From the human T2T-CHM13v2.0 reference genome, Homo sapiens: 64,000 nucleotides of DNA. Of this stretch, positions 1 to 21,478 are shown in pieces. The notes below the pieces were generated by a model. The model searched no databases and was not told the origin of the DNA. It saw only the letters and a list, made by a program, of their open reading frames with translations. The position numbers were made by a program, and so were the translations under genes. The stretch is from NCBI RefSeq assembly GCF_009914755.1, contig NC_060933.1, one strand, 5' to 3'. Positions within the stretch are counted from its first letter, which is position 1. Each line of letters starts with the position of its first letter.

Positions 1-172
1 TTATGGTGTGTATCTTTTTACATGTTTTGCTATTTTGAACCACAAGAATAAACTATTCATTGAAAAAAACTTAGAAAAAAATCAATAAAGGCAATAATAA
101 GGTCAGAACTAATAATGCAAGCAATCGTCATTATCATCATTATCATGGTCAAAATCACCAATGTCATCATTA

Positions 173-463
173 TTTTATTTATTTATTTATTTTTTTGAGA
201 CGGAGTTTTGCTCTGTTGCCCAGGCTGGAGTGCAGTGGTGCGATCTCGGCTTAGTGCAACCTCCGCCTCCCAGGCTCAAGTGATTCTCCTCTTTCAACCT
301 CCCGAGTAGCTGGGATTACAGGCATGCACCACCACGCCAGGGTAACTTTTTGTATTTTTAGTACATGTTGGCCAGGCTCGTCTCGAACTCCTGACCTCAG
401 GTGATCTGCCTGCCTTGGCCTCCCAAAGTGCTGGGATTACAGGGTGAGCTGCTGTGCCTGGCC
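173..463 (-). mobile_element. Alu (AluS-like)
   Basis: T-rich tail followed by reverse Alu consensus. Confidence 0.95.
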
Positions 464-1070
464 CATTATTTAAAAGGTTATTTCCACATAATCTTACCAG
501 TTTACTCTCAGTAAGTAAGTAAGTAGTAGTCAGTAAGTAAGAAATTGGTCATTGCCTCCAAAGTTCCTGGTCTAGCACCCTACCATGCTGTCATATTCAG
601 TGCGTATTCAGTGGCTTTCCGCTTCTGCAAGGACCAGAGGCCTTGGAGGTAGTGGGGTGGGGAGCTTTCAACCTAGCGTAACCTACCATGGAATATTAAG
701 CAGTCATTTAAGAAGAGATGGAGCCCTTCCAGGTGACCCGGAGGAATATCTGGGAGTTGTTGCTGATGGAAAAAGGCAAGATGCAAGGAAATGGGTGATC
801 TCATTTTATAAAACAAAGACCAGTATAGCATCCAGCTACAGAAAACAAACACTGTGTGTTCGTATGTGTATGGAGAAAAGGAAGGAAATGTTCAGAATGT
901 GAACAAAGATTGTCTGTGGGGTCTAGATGAGATAGGGAGCTGGGGTCGGGGGATAGCAGTGGATAGTGTTGATGATTTAAAAAGTTGGGCACCTTCTCAC
1001 TTATGATCATTTACATATGCTATGTATGGGTGTGCGTGGCTGTATGAAGAGGTGCAAAGAAATCTGATAG

Positions 1071-1600
<530 letters not shown>

Positions 1601-1809
1601 AAAGAAATCTGATAGGCAATATTCATAGTAGTTAGTTCTCTCAGGGTGGTGAGATTCTAGGTGACTTATTTTTTTTTGGTCCAGATATTTATATAAATAG
1701 TTCTGATTATGAGAAGTCAACATGTATTATTTATGTAATCAGAAAAATCTACTTCTAAGGTGAATGATAATTAAAACAAACTAAATGACTGATAGGTGTC
1801 ACTCTATCA

Positions 1810-2162
<353 letters not shown>

Positions 2163-2299
2163 ATTTGAATGGGATACTTCTAAGACTGCTGACAAAGAGG
2201 GGACATCGTTTGCCCCTCCCTGGTTCTTCTTACTCTGCTAAATCCAATAATCCCAGAGGTGCAGTTTTGACCTCAGCCGTGGCCCTGGGGTGTTCTGCA

Positions 2300-2311
2300 G
2301 CCACCTGCTGG
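2300..2311 (-). promoter_or_regulatory. Candidate CTCF core motif CCAGCAGGTGGC
   Basis: Matches CCASYAGRKGGC on the minus strand within unique GC-rich sequence; downstream flank is suboptimal. Confidence 0.35.
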
Positions 2312-2765
2312 GGAGCAGGGCCACCTTGGCCACCTCAGCTGGTTGTTGACTCCAGGGAAGGCTGGCTGCCAGTGGTGGCTGCCATGCCACCACCATCTCC
2401 GGCCTGCCTGCCGTCGCTCTCCCTTGCTTAATCCCAGGGCCAACTTGAAGCTCTCAGTAAAACTCGAGCCCGGTGCTATAGCCGATTGCCACCACTAATG
2501 CTCATCCCCGGGTCGTTCCTCGGCACAGGATGCTCTACTCTCAGCAGTGCCACCCTGGGGGAGTGGGAAAGGGGACCCACTGCAGAAACCAGCTGCTAGT
2601 GGTTTCCCTACAGCAGGGTACAGTGCTTTAGGGACAGGGCTCTTTCGGCTTGCGAGCATACACACACACAGAGCTACTTTCCACCAGGCAACCCCATGGT
2701 CTCAGAAGGACTGGGGTCCAGAGCACAGTGATCCTAGAGCCAGCCCACTCCTACCACCTGGGTGA

Positions 2766-3364
<599 letters not shown>

Positions 3365-3495
3365 TAGGTTGTCACTCAGGCAAGAATGCAGGTGTTCATT
3401 CCGGTGGGCTCGCTTTATTCTTCCAGACTGCATCAGGATCTGTGTGCTCCTTCTTGGGGCTCCCAGCCAGCCCCTGCATGGGGTGCCAGGGTGGG

Positions 3496-3543
3496 CTAGG
3501 ATTAGGGTTAGGGTTGCAATTAGTGTCATGATCAGGGTTAGGG
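3496..3543 (+). repeat. Degenerate telomere-like (TTAGGG)n tract
   Basis: CTAGGA TTAGGG TTAGGG TTGCAA TTAGTG TCATGA TCAGGG TTAGGG in one hexamer register. Confidence 0.6.
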
Positions 3544-4029
3544 TGTACTTTGTTGGGTGGGGGGAAACAGGCAGGTCCACATTGCATTCTTCAGTCCAGC
3601 TCACCTTGAAAACCTGGTGTTTTTTGACCTTGTGTCTATTTGTCAAGTGGCTCAGATCTCAGGGAGCAAAACCATGTGATTGATTAGCCAAAACCCCCCC
3701 GTACCACTCATCATCAGTGCTTGACAACCTCCACCATGAGAACTGACCTCCTGGTCTCGCCACACTGCACCAGCCAGGTCCCCAGAGGAAGCCTCTGTGT
3801 GGTCCGTTTCCAAGGGCCCCCTCATTTCTGCTCCAGGATGATGGGCAGTGGGGGTACCCACTGTTTTGCCACTGTAGCACCATAGAGAGTGAGGAAAATC
3901 AAGGACCGTGACAGTCGACATTTCCCAAGGTCTTTGTTGTTTACTCACATTCCAGTTGAATGAATGAACGAACTGATTTTTAGTCAGCTGGTTGTGCTAC
4001 CATTGTAGAGAAGGGAGTACTTTACTTAC

Positions 4030-4190
4030 GCTGCCTGATGTATCCTCACAGTAGCCCTATGAGTAGGCACCATTCTTCCCCTATTAGAAGGGAGGAAATG
4101 AAGTCTCTGAGAGGTGACATGCCTGGGTGAGTGGCAGAGTCTTGGTCTGAGTCTCTCTGATACCAGAGTTCCTGCTCCCTGAACTCCTGC
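4030..4190 (-). mobile_element. MIR fragment
   Basis: ATCCTCACAGTAGCCCTATGAG...GAGGAAATGAAG resembles the MIR core. Confidence 0.55.
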
Positions 4191-4312
4191 AGAGTGGCTG
4201 AGGAGGGAGGCTGAGCTAGCTGACTTGAGGCTGACATGCTCTGAGAGTCAAGTTTGCAGGTGGGACATCATAAGTCTGTGGATGCATATGAGGTCACAGT
4301 AGGCTGACCCAC

Positions 4313-5190
4313 TGTGACAACAGAAATATATAGATATATTTATATTTACTTATCCCTGGTTTCTGGCACAGAGCTTCTAACATTCTTCTCATTTCCTGAG
4401 TGATAGCGGTGCTAGGAGCATTTTTTTTGTTCTAATATTTTGTCTTTGACCCCAGTTCCTGACACAGAGTTCCTAAGTCCCTTGGAATTTCCTAGGTGAT
4501 AAGAACGTCTTTTGTCCTAATCTGAGGTGGCTCTCTGTAAGCCCCTGAACAATGTCAGGGTGGGGGCTGATTGCCAGGAAGACCAAACCATGATTAGAAG
4601 CTTAGGTCTTTCAGCCCCACTCCCCATGCTCCAGAGAGACGAGAGGAGCTGGAGACTGAGTTAGTAATCCGTCAAGCCCACGTGATGAAGCAGCCATAAA
4701 AATCCCTAAAAGGCAAAATGGGAGAACTTCTGGGTCAGTGAACGTGTCATGTGCTGGAAAGGTGGCACGACCGAAGTCCATGGGGACAGAAGCTCCCGTG
4801 CTCACGCCCTCTGGAGCTTGCCCTACATGCAAGATCTTCATCTGGCTGTTCATGTGTTTATTCTATCAAGTCCTTTGTAATAAACTGGTAAATGTGAGTA
4901 AGTATTTCCCTGAGTTCTGTGAGCTATCATATTGTTGAACCTGAGGAGGGGGTTGTGAGAACCCCAGATTTGTTGCCAAGTTGGATGGAACTGTGAGTAA
5001 CCTGGAGATCCACTCTTGGTGGTTGGTGGCTGAAGCGTGGGTGATCTTGTGGGGCTGAGCCCTTAACCTGTGGAGTCTGTGCTTACATTAGGTGATCAGT
5101 GTCGCAAATGAATTGTGAGGCACCCAGTTGGTGTCTGGAGAGTTGGGGAATTGGTTGGTGCGGGGAAACCCCCTGATACTCACTGTCACC
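4313..5190 (+). mobile_element. MER21-family solo LTR (MER21B/C-like)
   Basis: TG start; motifs recalled from the MER21 consensus, e.g. CTGGCACAGAGCTTCTAA, GGGGACAGAAGCTCC, TTTCCCTGAGTTCTGTGAGC. Confidence 0.75.
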
Positions 5191-5827
5191 AGATTATATG
5201 AGTCTAAGGCCCCACTCTGCTTTCAGGGATCATGCCAAGTAGTTCCCTCTTCTTCCATCTCTATGTCAGCATCCCGGCTTCTGGCACTTTGTTTCTGGAT
5301 CCTGCACTGTCTCTGGGATTTGACTGCAGCACCTGCAGAATAGAATATCTCAGAGTTATTTTTCTGAAATAAAGATTTCAAATTATAGACTAAATAATGA
5401 ATAATGTAGGGGTCGTATATGTTTTTATGTTATGACTCCTGTAAATATTGCTGGCTCATCAACAGAACAGCCAGACATGTAAGAGTAATTAAATGCAGTT
5501 GTCTTTAATACTTTGCTGACTTTCCATGAAAAACATAGCTTTTACATATTTCTGATTTTGTCAAAAATCAAATCTTCAAAGTAGGAGAATAGGAATACTT
5601 TATTTAGCAGTTTGTTAGCTTGATTCATAATAATTAAAACATCTACACATATAGTATGTAGACCCTCATTTGGACTTCCATCTCTGGCTTTGATAAGTTA
5701 GGCATAGGACTGAGCTATCCTTAAGTTTCTAGAAGGAGTTCAGTGATTCAATATTATTGACTTCAATGATTAAAAATTAAACATTTAATATTGCTTTTTT
5801 TAAAAAATTAACACTTTAAAAAACTGT

Positions 5828-6146
<319 letters not shown>

Positions 6147-6650
6147 TTAACTCATTGCAGACCAGTGGAACATGGCCTCATGCTGCCAGGGAAAGCCCAA
6201 GGTAAAGCTTTTCCTGTTGTCTCCCCTTAACTGAGAAGTGTCTAACTCAGCAAGCCAAGCTCATGTAAAAACCAGTCATTACAACTACTTCTTTAAACAA
6301 ATGTAGATTTCCTCAGTACTGTGCAACCAAACAAAAATGAAAATTTAGGATAAAGTGATGCAGAGACTGATTTTAGGCCATTAGCAAGCATCCACAGGCT
6401 TCCCAATTTCCATTTTTTTGTTATTTGTTCAAACAATTGTATGTTTATACTCTTATTATAATAAGAAAATCAATACATTCAGACACATAAAGGCTTATGA
6501 TGAGAACTGTGGCTTTTATCTAATTTTTAGGAGACGGAATGACATTTTTTTTCTCCCATTACTGCTCTACAGGACATGGCACTGGTTATCAGAAAAGAAG
6601 GGAGAAATCTATTTTTAGTAATAACAATTCACCTGAGAGGAAGCGATCTA

Positions 6651-7051
<401 letters not shown>

Positions 7052-7105
7052 CTAAAGGTGGGACCAAAGAAGAGAGGTGGACGAAGTTTAAAAATGTCAA
7101 GAGAA

Positions 7106-7999
<894 letters not shown>

Positions 8000-9028
8000 T
8001 TAAAAGCAGCTGTTCTCTGAGTTGGAACAAAAGGTTTGTTTTTTTCTGGTTGTTGTTGTTTTTGTTTGTTTGTTTTCCCACAGAGGCTCTCCAGGCATCA
8101 GCTTCACAGAGAGAATCTTGATGCCCAACAAGGACAGCATTTTCAGAGATGTACCCTTACAAGGGGTCCCCATACAAGATTGAAATGGTAAGCGATGTGT
8201 TTCATGTTTGCCCCTGAACTGAAGCTCTGACAAAGATACACTCCTATGTTCTAATTAGCTGGATATATGTCTAAGATATATATGTCTAAGATATAGTAAT
8301 CCATATGGTACATTTAATTTACAAAGTGCTTTAGTATAGTCACTAAACATGCGACAAGTATTTATTGAGAGCCTACTATATGCCAGGCATTTGGTAGATA
8401 TCTGGTAACAAAATAGACAAAAATCCCTCTCTTACATTCTGGAGAGAAAAGACAGTCAATAATATGCCAGACCTCTGCTCCAGACCAAGATGAAATAACA
8501 GAGACTGGTTTTACTCTTTTGCTTGAAACAATGAAAAAATTTGGATAAATTTTATAAAACAACTGTTTTAAAGACATTGGACATCAGGCCATGAAGGACC
8601 TGAAAGGTGGGACACAAGTGAGGCAAGCCCCATGATTACTCCCTAGACAGGGAGAAGGAAAATAATAGCAGATGGAAATTTAGATCCACACAAAGGAAAA
8701 ACTGACACTAGAAATGTTATATATGTGGGCAAATATAAAAGATTTTTAAAAATCATTACTTAAGTCTCTTTAAGAGATAATTGACTTTTAAAAGCAAAAA
8801 TACTAACAATGATTATAGGTTTTATAACATATGTAGAAGTAAAACGTATAACAACAATTACACAAGGCTGGGAGGAAAGAAACAGATGTATGTTGGTGTA
8901 AGGTTATTTTACTGTTGTAAGGTAGCATAATATTACTGAGGGTAGACTGTGATGTGTTAAAGATGCATACTGTAAACTCTAAAGCAACCATTACAGTAAG
9001 ACAACAAAGAGTAAGAGCTAATTAACTA

Positions 9029-9456
<428 letters not shown>

Positions 9457-10479
9457 TTAAATCCAATGATATCAATAAACAATAAAGAATAAATAAATAC
9501 AGTTTTAAAACAAGTAGTATTATATGTTAGAACGTAATAAGTGAGATAATAAACTTGAACATGACAAAAGGGTAGAAAGTCATGAGGGGCAGCCTGTAAT
9601 TTTAAATGAGGTGTACAGGGTGAGACTCATTAAGAAGGTGACAGGAGGTGAGGAGGCCAGCTTTGCAAATAAATGTGAGATTCAAAGGCTCTAAGACACA
9701 TGCATGTCTGGTGAATCAGAAATAGAAAGAAGGCCAAGGCGGCTGGAGAAGAATGAGTGAGAGGGCAACAGTAGGAGATGAGGGCAGAGAGATAAGGAGA
9801 TCTGGATAAGGACAGATCACAGAGGCCACAGTCATACTCTGAGTGAAATATGGAGCCATCTCTGCACTCTAAGGACAAGAGTGACCTTCTCTGACACATG
9901 CTTCAAAAGCATTCATCCGAGTCTGTTTTGAAAATACCCTGGGCAGGGGAGGGCAAAGGTAGAATCAGGGGGACTGGGTAAGAGGCAATTTAACAATTCA
10001 AGTGAGCAATGATGGAGGCCTGGACCACAGAAACGGCAGTAGAGGGAAGGAGTGGTTGGATTCTGGATTTATTCTGGAGGTGGAGACAGCAGCACTTCCT
10101 GTGGAATTGAAGATGGAGTTTGACAGGAAGGGAGAGAGACATCAAGGTTGATCTAAGGCATTTTGCTTGAGCAAATGGAAGGATAAGATCCCCATCAACT
10201 GAAAAGGGAAAATCTGTGGCTAGAGCAGATTGGGAGCAGAGCAGTTCATTCTGGAGATGCTGAATTTGAGATGTCTATTGAATATCCAAGGGCAGATGTC
10301 AAAAGGCTGGTGGGGGTATCTGGGCTTAAGATAAATGTCTGAGAATCATCAGCTTAGAGATGATATTGAAAGTAAGATCACCAAGGAACAAGTGTAGGTA
10401 GAGAAAAGGAGAAGAAAAGTACCAGCCTCTAAAAACATTCCAACAGAGAGAAAGAGAGGCCAAAAGAGACTAAGTAGGT

Positions 10480-10905
<426 letters not shown>

Positions 10906-12584
10906 TCAGACGCTGCTGATAAGTTAAGTAACAGGAAGACTGAGAATTGACCACTGAGTTTTGCAATGTGGAGGTCGCTAGTGATAAAGATGGTTTTGGT
11001 GGGGGAATTGGAGAGAAAGTCTCATTAGAGTTGGTTTAAGAAAAAATGTGGAGAGAGAAATTGGAGATGGCACATATAGATAAGTCTTTCAAGGAACTTT
11101 GCCTATAAAAGGGAGCAAGGAGGAAGAGGGATAGGAGGGTTTTTCTTTTTTTCAAAGATAGGAAGAATAACAGCCTATTTCTTTGCTTATTGGAATGATC
11201 TAGTAGCAAAAAACCGATCACGTAGGTGGGAGAGAGAACTGCTAGAGCAACGTTCTTGGAGGGAAGGGGGCGGAGACATAGAGCATGGGGGGAGAGACCG
11301 TGAATCAATCATTCCCCATCTCTGGTGCTCAGAGTTGTAAGGTTGGAATTGTTTTGATTTATTTAATATTATAGAGCCAGATGGCATCTGGTGTTGGGGC
11401 CATGTGTCTATTTTATTAACATCTCCAGAAAGATGGATTCTGGGTCCTTTGGGAGATAGTTTGAAGAGAGACCCTGCAAAATTTTCCCTGGCACTCATAC
11501 ACACAGTCTTTAGCTTCTTGGACACCTCTGTCTGGGTTTGCCAAGCTCTTGGTCATCAATTACAGTGGAATTCTGTATAACTCCAGTAAGCAAACGCACT
11601 GGGACGTCACGTCTCATGTGCTCTGCCTCTAAGTATTGGTGTTGGTGCGCTCATCAGGATAGAGGATGCAAGTGTAGGAAAAGGTTCATATCTAAGTATA
11701 ACCACAAAAAAGCGTAAGTTTCATGAGAGAACGTGAACCAAAAAGAAAAGAAAAAGGAATAAAGAGTAAGTTGCCAAGAATGTAGGAGGGGAACCTTGAG
11801 AGAAACGTGTGGAAACCTAGGGAAGTGAGTTTCATGAAGAATGGGGTAATTGACATGACGGTGTCAAAGAGAGGTCAAGTAAGATAAGGGCTGAAAAGCA
11901 CTCACTGGGTTTGGCTAAAGGAGGCTCTGTCAAAGCAGTTTCAGTGGGAAGGTCAGGAGGAAGCCAGATTGCTGTGGGCTGAGGATGTGTAGGAGGCGAG
12001 GAAGTGGAGACAAAGCGTGAGGGATATCTGTTCAATTCATTTGGCTGCAAAGTGTGGGGAAGAGATGCAATGACAAGTTAAGGGCAAGGCATGGAGAAGG
12101 GAGAGCTATTTCAAAATGGAAGACATTTGGAGTGCTTACCTGCAGAGAGGAGAGAAATAGGATGATGGATTGGAGTAAAGGACAGAAAAAGGAAAATCAA
12201 TGGAGCAGAGTTCTAAAGGGGATGGAAGAGACTCAGAGAACCAGTAGAGAGGGAGAAAAGAAGTGAAAATACAGAGATATTTTGAGGTGGACAGAAGGTG
12301 GGCATTCGCATGGTGCAGTAGGAGGTGAGATAGGATGAAAGACTTTGGGAAATGCTTGGGGTGTTTTAGGAGGCAAGGCATCTTTGAAAAACTGGTGCAG
12401 GAAAGATGCTAAAGCTGGATAAGAGGATTGTGGAACAACATTGTGGGGCCACTGACTCTTCAACATGAGTTTAGCGCCTGCTAATATTACTCCCTGCTCC
12501 TTGAAAAAGGAGCAACTGGGTGTGGCAGAAGGAAAAGCGTGGTAACATAGGATCCCCAGATCAGGATTAATCAAACCATAAATA

Positions 12585-13770
12585 ATCACTATGGGAAGCA
12601 GTACGGAGGTTCCTCAAAACTAAAAATACAGTTACCATATGACCCAGCAATCCCTCTTCTGGGTATTTACCCAAAAGACTTGAAGTCAGTAATGTCAAAG
12701 AGATATGTGCATTCCCATGTTCATTGCAACACTATTCACAGTAGCCAAGTTATGGAATCAACCTAAGAGCCCATCAAGGGATGAATGGATAAAGAAAACG
12801 TGGTATATATACACCGTGGAATACTATTCAGCCTTTAAAAAGGAAGGGATGGCCAGGTGCAGTGGCTCACGCCTGTAATCCCAGCACTTTGAGAGGCTGA
12901 GGCAGGCAGATCACGAGGTCAGGAGTTTGAGACCAGCCTGACCAAAATAGTGAAAGCCCGTCTCTACTAAAAATACAAAAATTAGCCAGGCATGGTGGTG
13001 GGCACCTGTAATCCCAGCTACTCAGGAGGCTGAGGCAGGAGACTCGCTTGAACCCGGGAGGAGGAGGTTGCAGTTAGCTGAGATCACACCACTGCCTTCC
13101 AGCCTGGGTGACAGAGCAAGACTCTGTCTCAAATAAATAAATAAATAAATAGGAAGAGATTCTGTCATTTGTGAAAACACAGATGGAATTGGAGAACATT
13201 GTGTTAAGTGAAATAAGCCAGACACAGAAAGACAAATACCACATCTTCTCAATTATATGTGGAATCTCAAACAATTGAACTCAAGGAAGCAGAGAGTAGA
13301 AAGGTGGTAACTAGAGGCTGGAGGGTGGGAAGAAAATAGGGAGATGATGGTCAAAGTGTATAAAGCCTCAGAGAGGAGGAATAAGTCTGAACTTTTCTTT
13401 CTTTATTCTTTTGCTGAGATCAATTACATAGCATGATGAATATGGTTAATAATTGTGTATTATGTTTAAATTTCTCTAAGAGAGTACATTTCAAATGTTC
13501 TTATCAAAAAATGTTAAATATTTGAGGTGATAAATATGTTAATTAGCTTGATTTAACCATTATATTCAAAGTCATAACACCACTTTGTACCACATAAATA
13601 TAATGTATATTTTGTCTATAAATTTATGTTTAACATATAATTTACGTTTATAAATTATATTTCTAGCAAACTATAATCTATAATTTATTATTTATAATTA
13701 TACTCTGTAATTTATCTGTAAAAATAATTCATCAATAAAAATGAAATTAAATTCAAAATAAAAATAAAAA
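12585..13770 (+). mobile_element. L1MA-type 3' end (ORF2 tail + 3'UTR), interrupted by an Alu
   Basis: ACCATATGACCCAGCAATCCC..., GAATGGATAAAGAAAA, GTTAAGTGAAATAAGCCAG, A-rich end. Confidence 0.85.
12851..13150 (+). mobile_element. AluS (Sg-like)
   Basis: GATCACGAGGTC; (TAAA)n tail. Confidence 0.95.
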
Positions 13771-14100
13771 TTTTTTAAAAAATCATAAAGAACCTGTCAA
13801 GGATTATGAATCCATTTCTAACCACCCAGAGGTAACCCCTAAGAGGCAGTTTCGCTATCTTTGCTCTTCAACCTGTTGAAATGTATTGGGACAGAAACTC
13901 AAATTTCCCCTTCTGTCAAAGAAAAAATAAGGCAATCCAAGAGGAACTGTTTAGAATAGTTCCAGATGGCTGAGTCAAAAAAAAAAAAAAAAAAAAACTG
14001 AGCTACGTGTGGCCCTTTATAAGTAGGCCAAAAAGTAGGGTTTTTGAGCACAGTAATGCCAGGGCTATTGTATTGCAAGGAAAAGAGTCAATATTTTCTT

Positions 14101-14747
<647 letters not shown>

Positions 14748-15235
14748 AATATTTTCTTAATCAAAGAAATATATATCCAACCTACGAAACTACACTATTT
14801 CCTTTGGAAATAGTTCATGTTTGCAGAGTTGAAGGGGGTTGCCCTCAGGTAATTCAGAAGGAATCAGTGAAAGCTTCTCTGCTGGGGAGATCAAACTGCA
14901 GTTGGAGCACCCCAGGCCTCCCTGACCCCTCCTCACACCAATTCACAGGACTGATTCCGACAACGGGCAGAAGAGCATTTCCACTAACAACTGGTAAAGC
15001 TTGAGGTACCAGAGTTTGAAAGATGCAAGAATGGAGAGTTAGGACCCTTTCATCACATGAGGGCCATGGGATTTCCCAAGAGGGGAGGTGGGGACACCAG
15101 ATTGAGGGGTGACTTGAAGAGAGGATGTGGGAGGAATCAGACAATGAGAGATTGAAGAGTCAGAGAAAGATGGGGAATGGATGTGTGTTAATGTGTATGG
15201 CAGGGCTGTCTTCACAAGCCTGAGACCTGGGCAGT

Positions 15236-15353
15236 CAACCTATGAGACTAGACTGTTACCTTTGGCAGAAAGTTAATGTTTGCAGTGCTGACAGGGGTTG
15301 CCCTTAGGTAATTCAGAAGGAATTACCTTCTAAGCACAGTGAAAGATTTTCTG
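15236..15353 (+). repeat. Diverged direct duplicate of 14778-14881
   Basis: Colinear match including GGGGTTGCCCTYAGGTAATTCAGAAGGAAT. Confidence 0.85.
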
Positions 15354-15419
15354 TGTTTAGGAGTCCCCTACACTTGGTTTAATCCTCTAATTTGCTGTCT
15401 TTAAAATGTTTAATAATTC

Positions 15420-15727
<308 letters not shown>

Positions 15728-15861
15728 AATAATTATGTTTGAACAAGGGGCTTCACCATTCTATTTTGCACTGAGACCTGCAAATGATGTAGCTGATCCT
15801 GTGGGAGGCTTTCAAGAATCCAAATGAGTTGGCTTAAGTCACCACTCCTGCTTTGGATTGA

Positions 15862-16203
<342 letters not shown>

Positions 16204-16840
16204 TTGTATTGAGAGAGCCAATTGGTAAAACTGATGTCGGAAACAGCCCCCTTAGCAGCCTGTGAGTCTCATCATGCTTGGGGTTACCCTTGGCTTTCCC
16301 ATGGGGACCAACCCATGATCTGTCCCCTCCCCACTGGTGCACCACCAGGCGGAAAGCCCCACAAAGCAGCCAACATCCCTTCAAAGATGAGAGGTCCTCC
16401 ACCTGACTTTCCTGATACTCCCCTCAGGATCACAGGGGATAATGCTCTTCCCCCACCGGCCAACTCACCATGACATAGAATGAAATGGCCCAGCTACAGC
16501 CTGGTAACCAAGGTAATGCCTTCATGTTAATTCCCATGAGATGGCCTTGTGTGGTTGCAATGGCCAGAGGAGATCCGTGTACTTCTTGGTTCTTTTGAAA
16601 TAATTCCTCCCATTTCTCTCACTGCTTTCTGTCATTCACTCAACAGCCATTTATTGTTAGTTACTAGGTGCCAGAGTGTTCCACCTCTAATCCATCCAGC
16701 AAGATCTTAGCATGCCCTGCTACCCTTCAAAATAAAGGAGTGGACAGAGAAAGACCTGGAACAAGCAGGAGGGAAGGGGGCCCTGTAGAGTTTCATACTC
16801 CATTTCCCCCACCCACTTTTCAATTCAAAATTCAAATTCA

Positions 16841-17152
16841 GGCCAGGCATAATGGCTTATACCTATAATCCCAGCACTTTGGGAGGCCGAGGTGAGAGGA
16901 TCACTCGAGGCCAGGAGTTTGAGACCAGCCTAGGCAACACAGCGAAACCCTTGTCTCCACACACACAAAAAGAAACATTAAAAATGACCTGGGCATAGTG
17001 GTGTGTGCCTGTAGTCCTAGCTCCTTGAGAGGCCAAGGCAGAAGGATCCCTTGAACCCAGGAACTCAAGGCTGCAATGAGCTGTGACTGTGCCACTTCAC
17101 TCCAGCCTGGGTGACAGAGGGAGACCCTGTCTCTAAAAGAAAAAAAGAAAAA
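16841..17152 (+). mobile_element. AluJ
   Basis: J-type dimer; TSD AAAATYCAAATTCA. Confidence 0.92.
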
Positions 17153-17214
17153 TCCAAATTCAAAATCTTCTCCAAGTGAAGTACGAAGATAATGCAGTTG
17201 AGCTAATCCCTTGA

Positions 17215-17698
<484 letters not shown>

Positions 17699-18166
17699 TC
17701 AATATATTCTCAATGAAACAATTAGAATTATATAAAATAGAAAAAACAAATTGCCCCTTTATATCACATCTTCATTCCTTCGTCTCTCCTCAACCATTGT
17801 GTGCATTCTCCCAGGCCTCTTCCTTAACATTTAAATTCAAATGTATGCATTTATATCTCACATATAACTTCTAAAAAAATGTAATGGGATCACAATGCAC
17901 ATAAGGTTCCAAATCTTACTTTTTATCTTAATGACTTCTATTTTCATTATAGCTTATGTAGGTCTACACAATTCTTTTTTACTAGTCGTACAGGGTTATA
18001 TGGTGCAGGTATATCAGAGTTTATTTAACCATTCCATTATTGATATTTTGATGATGTACAGCAAATATTAGCAACAGTCCTATTCTGAGTATCTTTGTTA
18101 ATACACATTATGCCCCTGGGCATATGTTTTGTCAGGAGAGAGGTCAAGAAGAATTTCCAGATCCTA

Positions 18167-18510
<344 letters not shown>

Positions 18511-18699
18511 TCACCAATTTCTTCTCCCAACAACAGTGTGTGAATATGCCTTCTTCTCCAAATCTTTGCCAACATTTGTCACCGATCTTTCATTGCTGTT
18601 TCAATATTCACTTTGCTGATTACAAGTAAAGTGGAGTGTCTTTCAATTCATTTAATGGCTGCTTGCAGTCTATGAATTATCTGTTACATACTTTACATG

Positions 18700-19050
18700 T
18701 TTTTTCACTTCATCCTTAAAACAACAACCTTATGAGGTAAATACTATTATTATCTCCTTTTTACAGATAAAGAACTGAAGATCCAAAGCCAGAGAATGAT
18801 AAAGTAACTTCCACCTGACACAGTAAAACATTGCAGGGAGAGTCCGGGATCTGGAATGAGAATGCCGCGTCCAGGCTGTGTTACCTTACAAAAATTATTA
18901 ATGCTTCAGTGGCCTCATCTGCAGAATGGAAATACCAATAATAGTAGCTATCTGATAAGGTTATTGTGGGGATAGTAGGAGACAATCCATAATAATGTTT
19001 GAGTAGTAGCTGGCACATTGTAGATACTCAACATACGCCAGCTATTATTG
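18700..19050. mobile_element. MIR fragments (both orientations)
   Basis: TTTTACAGATAAAGAACTGAAG; CTCATCTGCAGAATGG...TGGCACATTGTAG. Confidence 0.6.
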
Positions 19051-19244
19051 TTATAGAAAATATGCAGATCTGGAATAGCTTGGAAAATGTTTATGATACA
19101 ATAACAAATTCAAAAGAAGTCTACTAAATACTGTGTATTTTATGATTGCAATTTTGTAAAAACTATATCTGCTTATGGAAAAAGATTTGAAGAAAATATG
19201 CTTATGTGAAAAGAATTTGTTACAGTGATGGGATTACGTGTAGC

Positions 19245-19540
19245 TTTATTTATTTATTTGAGACCAGGTCTCACTCTGTTGCCCAGGCTGCAATACAGTG
19301 GTGTGACACCAGCTCCCTGCAGCCTCAACCTCCTGGGCTCAAGTGATCCTCCTGCCTCAGCCTCTTGAATAACTGGGACTACAGGCATGTGCCACCATGC
19401 CCGGCTAATATTTAATTTTTTTGTGGAGACAGAGTCTCCCTATGCTGCCATGCTGGTCTTGAACTCCTGGGCTCAAGCGATCCTCCAGCCTCAGCCTCCC
19501 AAAGTGCTGGGATTATAGGCGTGAGCCATTGTGCCCAGTC
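19245..19540 (-). mobile_element. AluJ
   Basis: Reverse J-type dimer. Confidence 0.92.
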
Positions 19541-19739
19541 ATGTGTAGCTTTTTAATGCTTTTATATCATTCTATAATGAACAAGAAAGGGAGAGAAGAA
19601 AGAAAAGGAAGTAAATTCTGTGGACTTTGCCCTTGAAGGTGTGAAGGAGGTTCACAAGCACTTTCAGACCAGTGCCATACCTTTAAAGGGGCTATCTGGC
19701 CATGCTTTCTTCTCTCCAAAGGCACGCTGGTGGCTTTGT

Positions 19740-21478
<1,739 letters not shown>

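Noticed and set aside
8263-8295. Small tandem duplications here and at ~32558-32597
   Set aside because: Ordinary slippage products with no evident function
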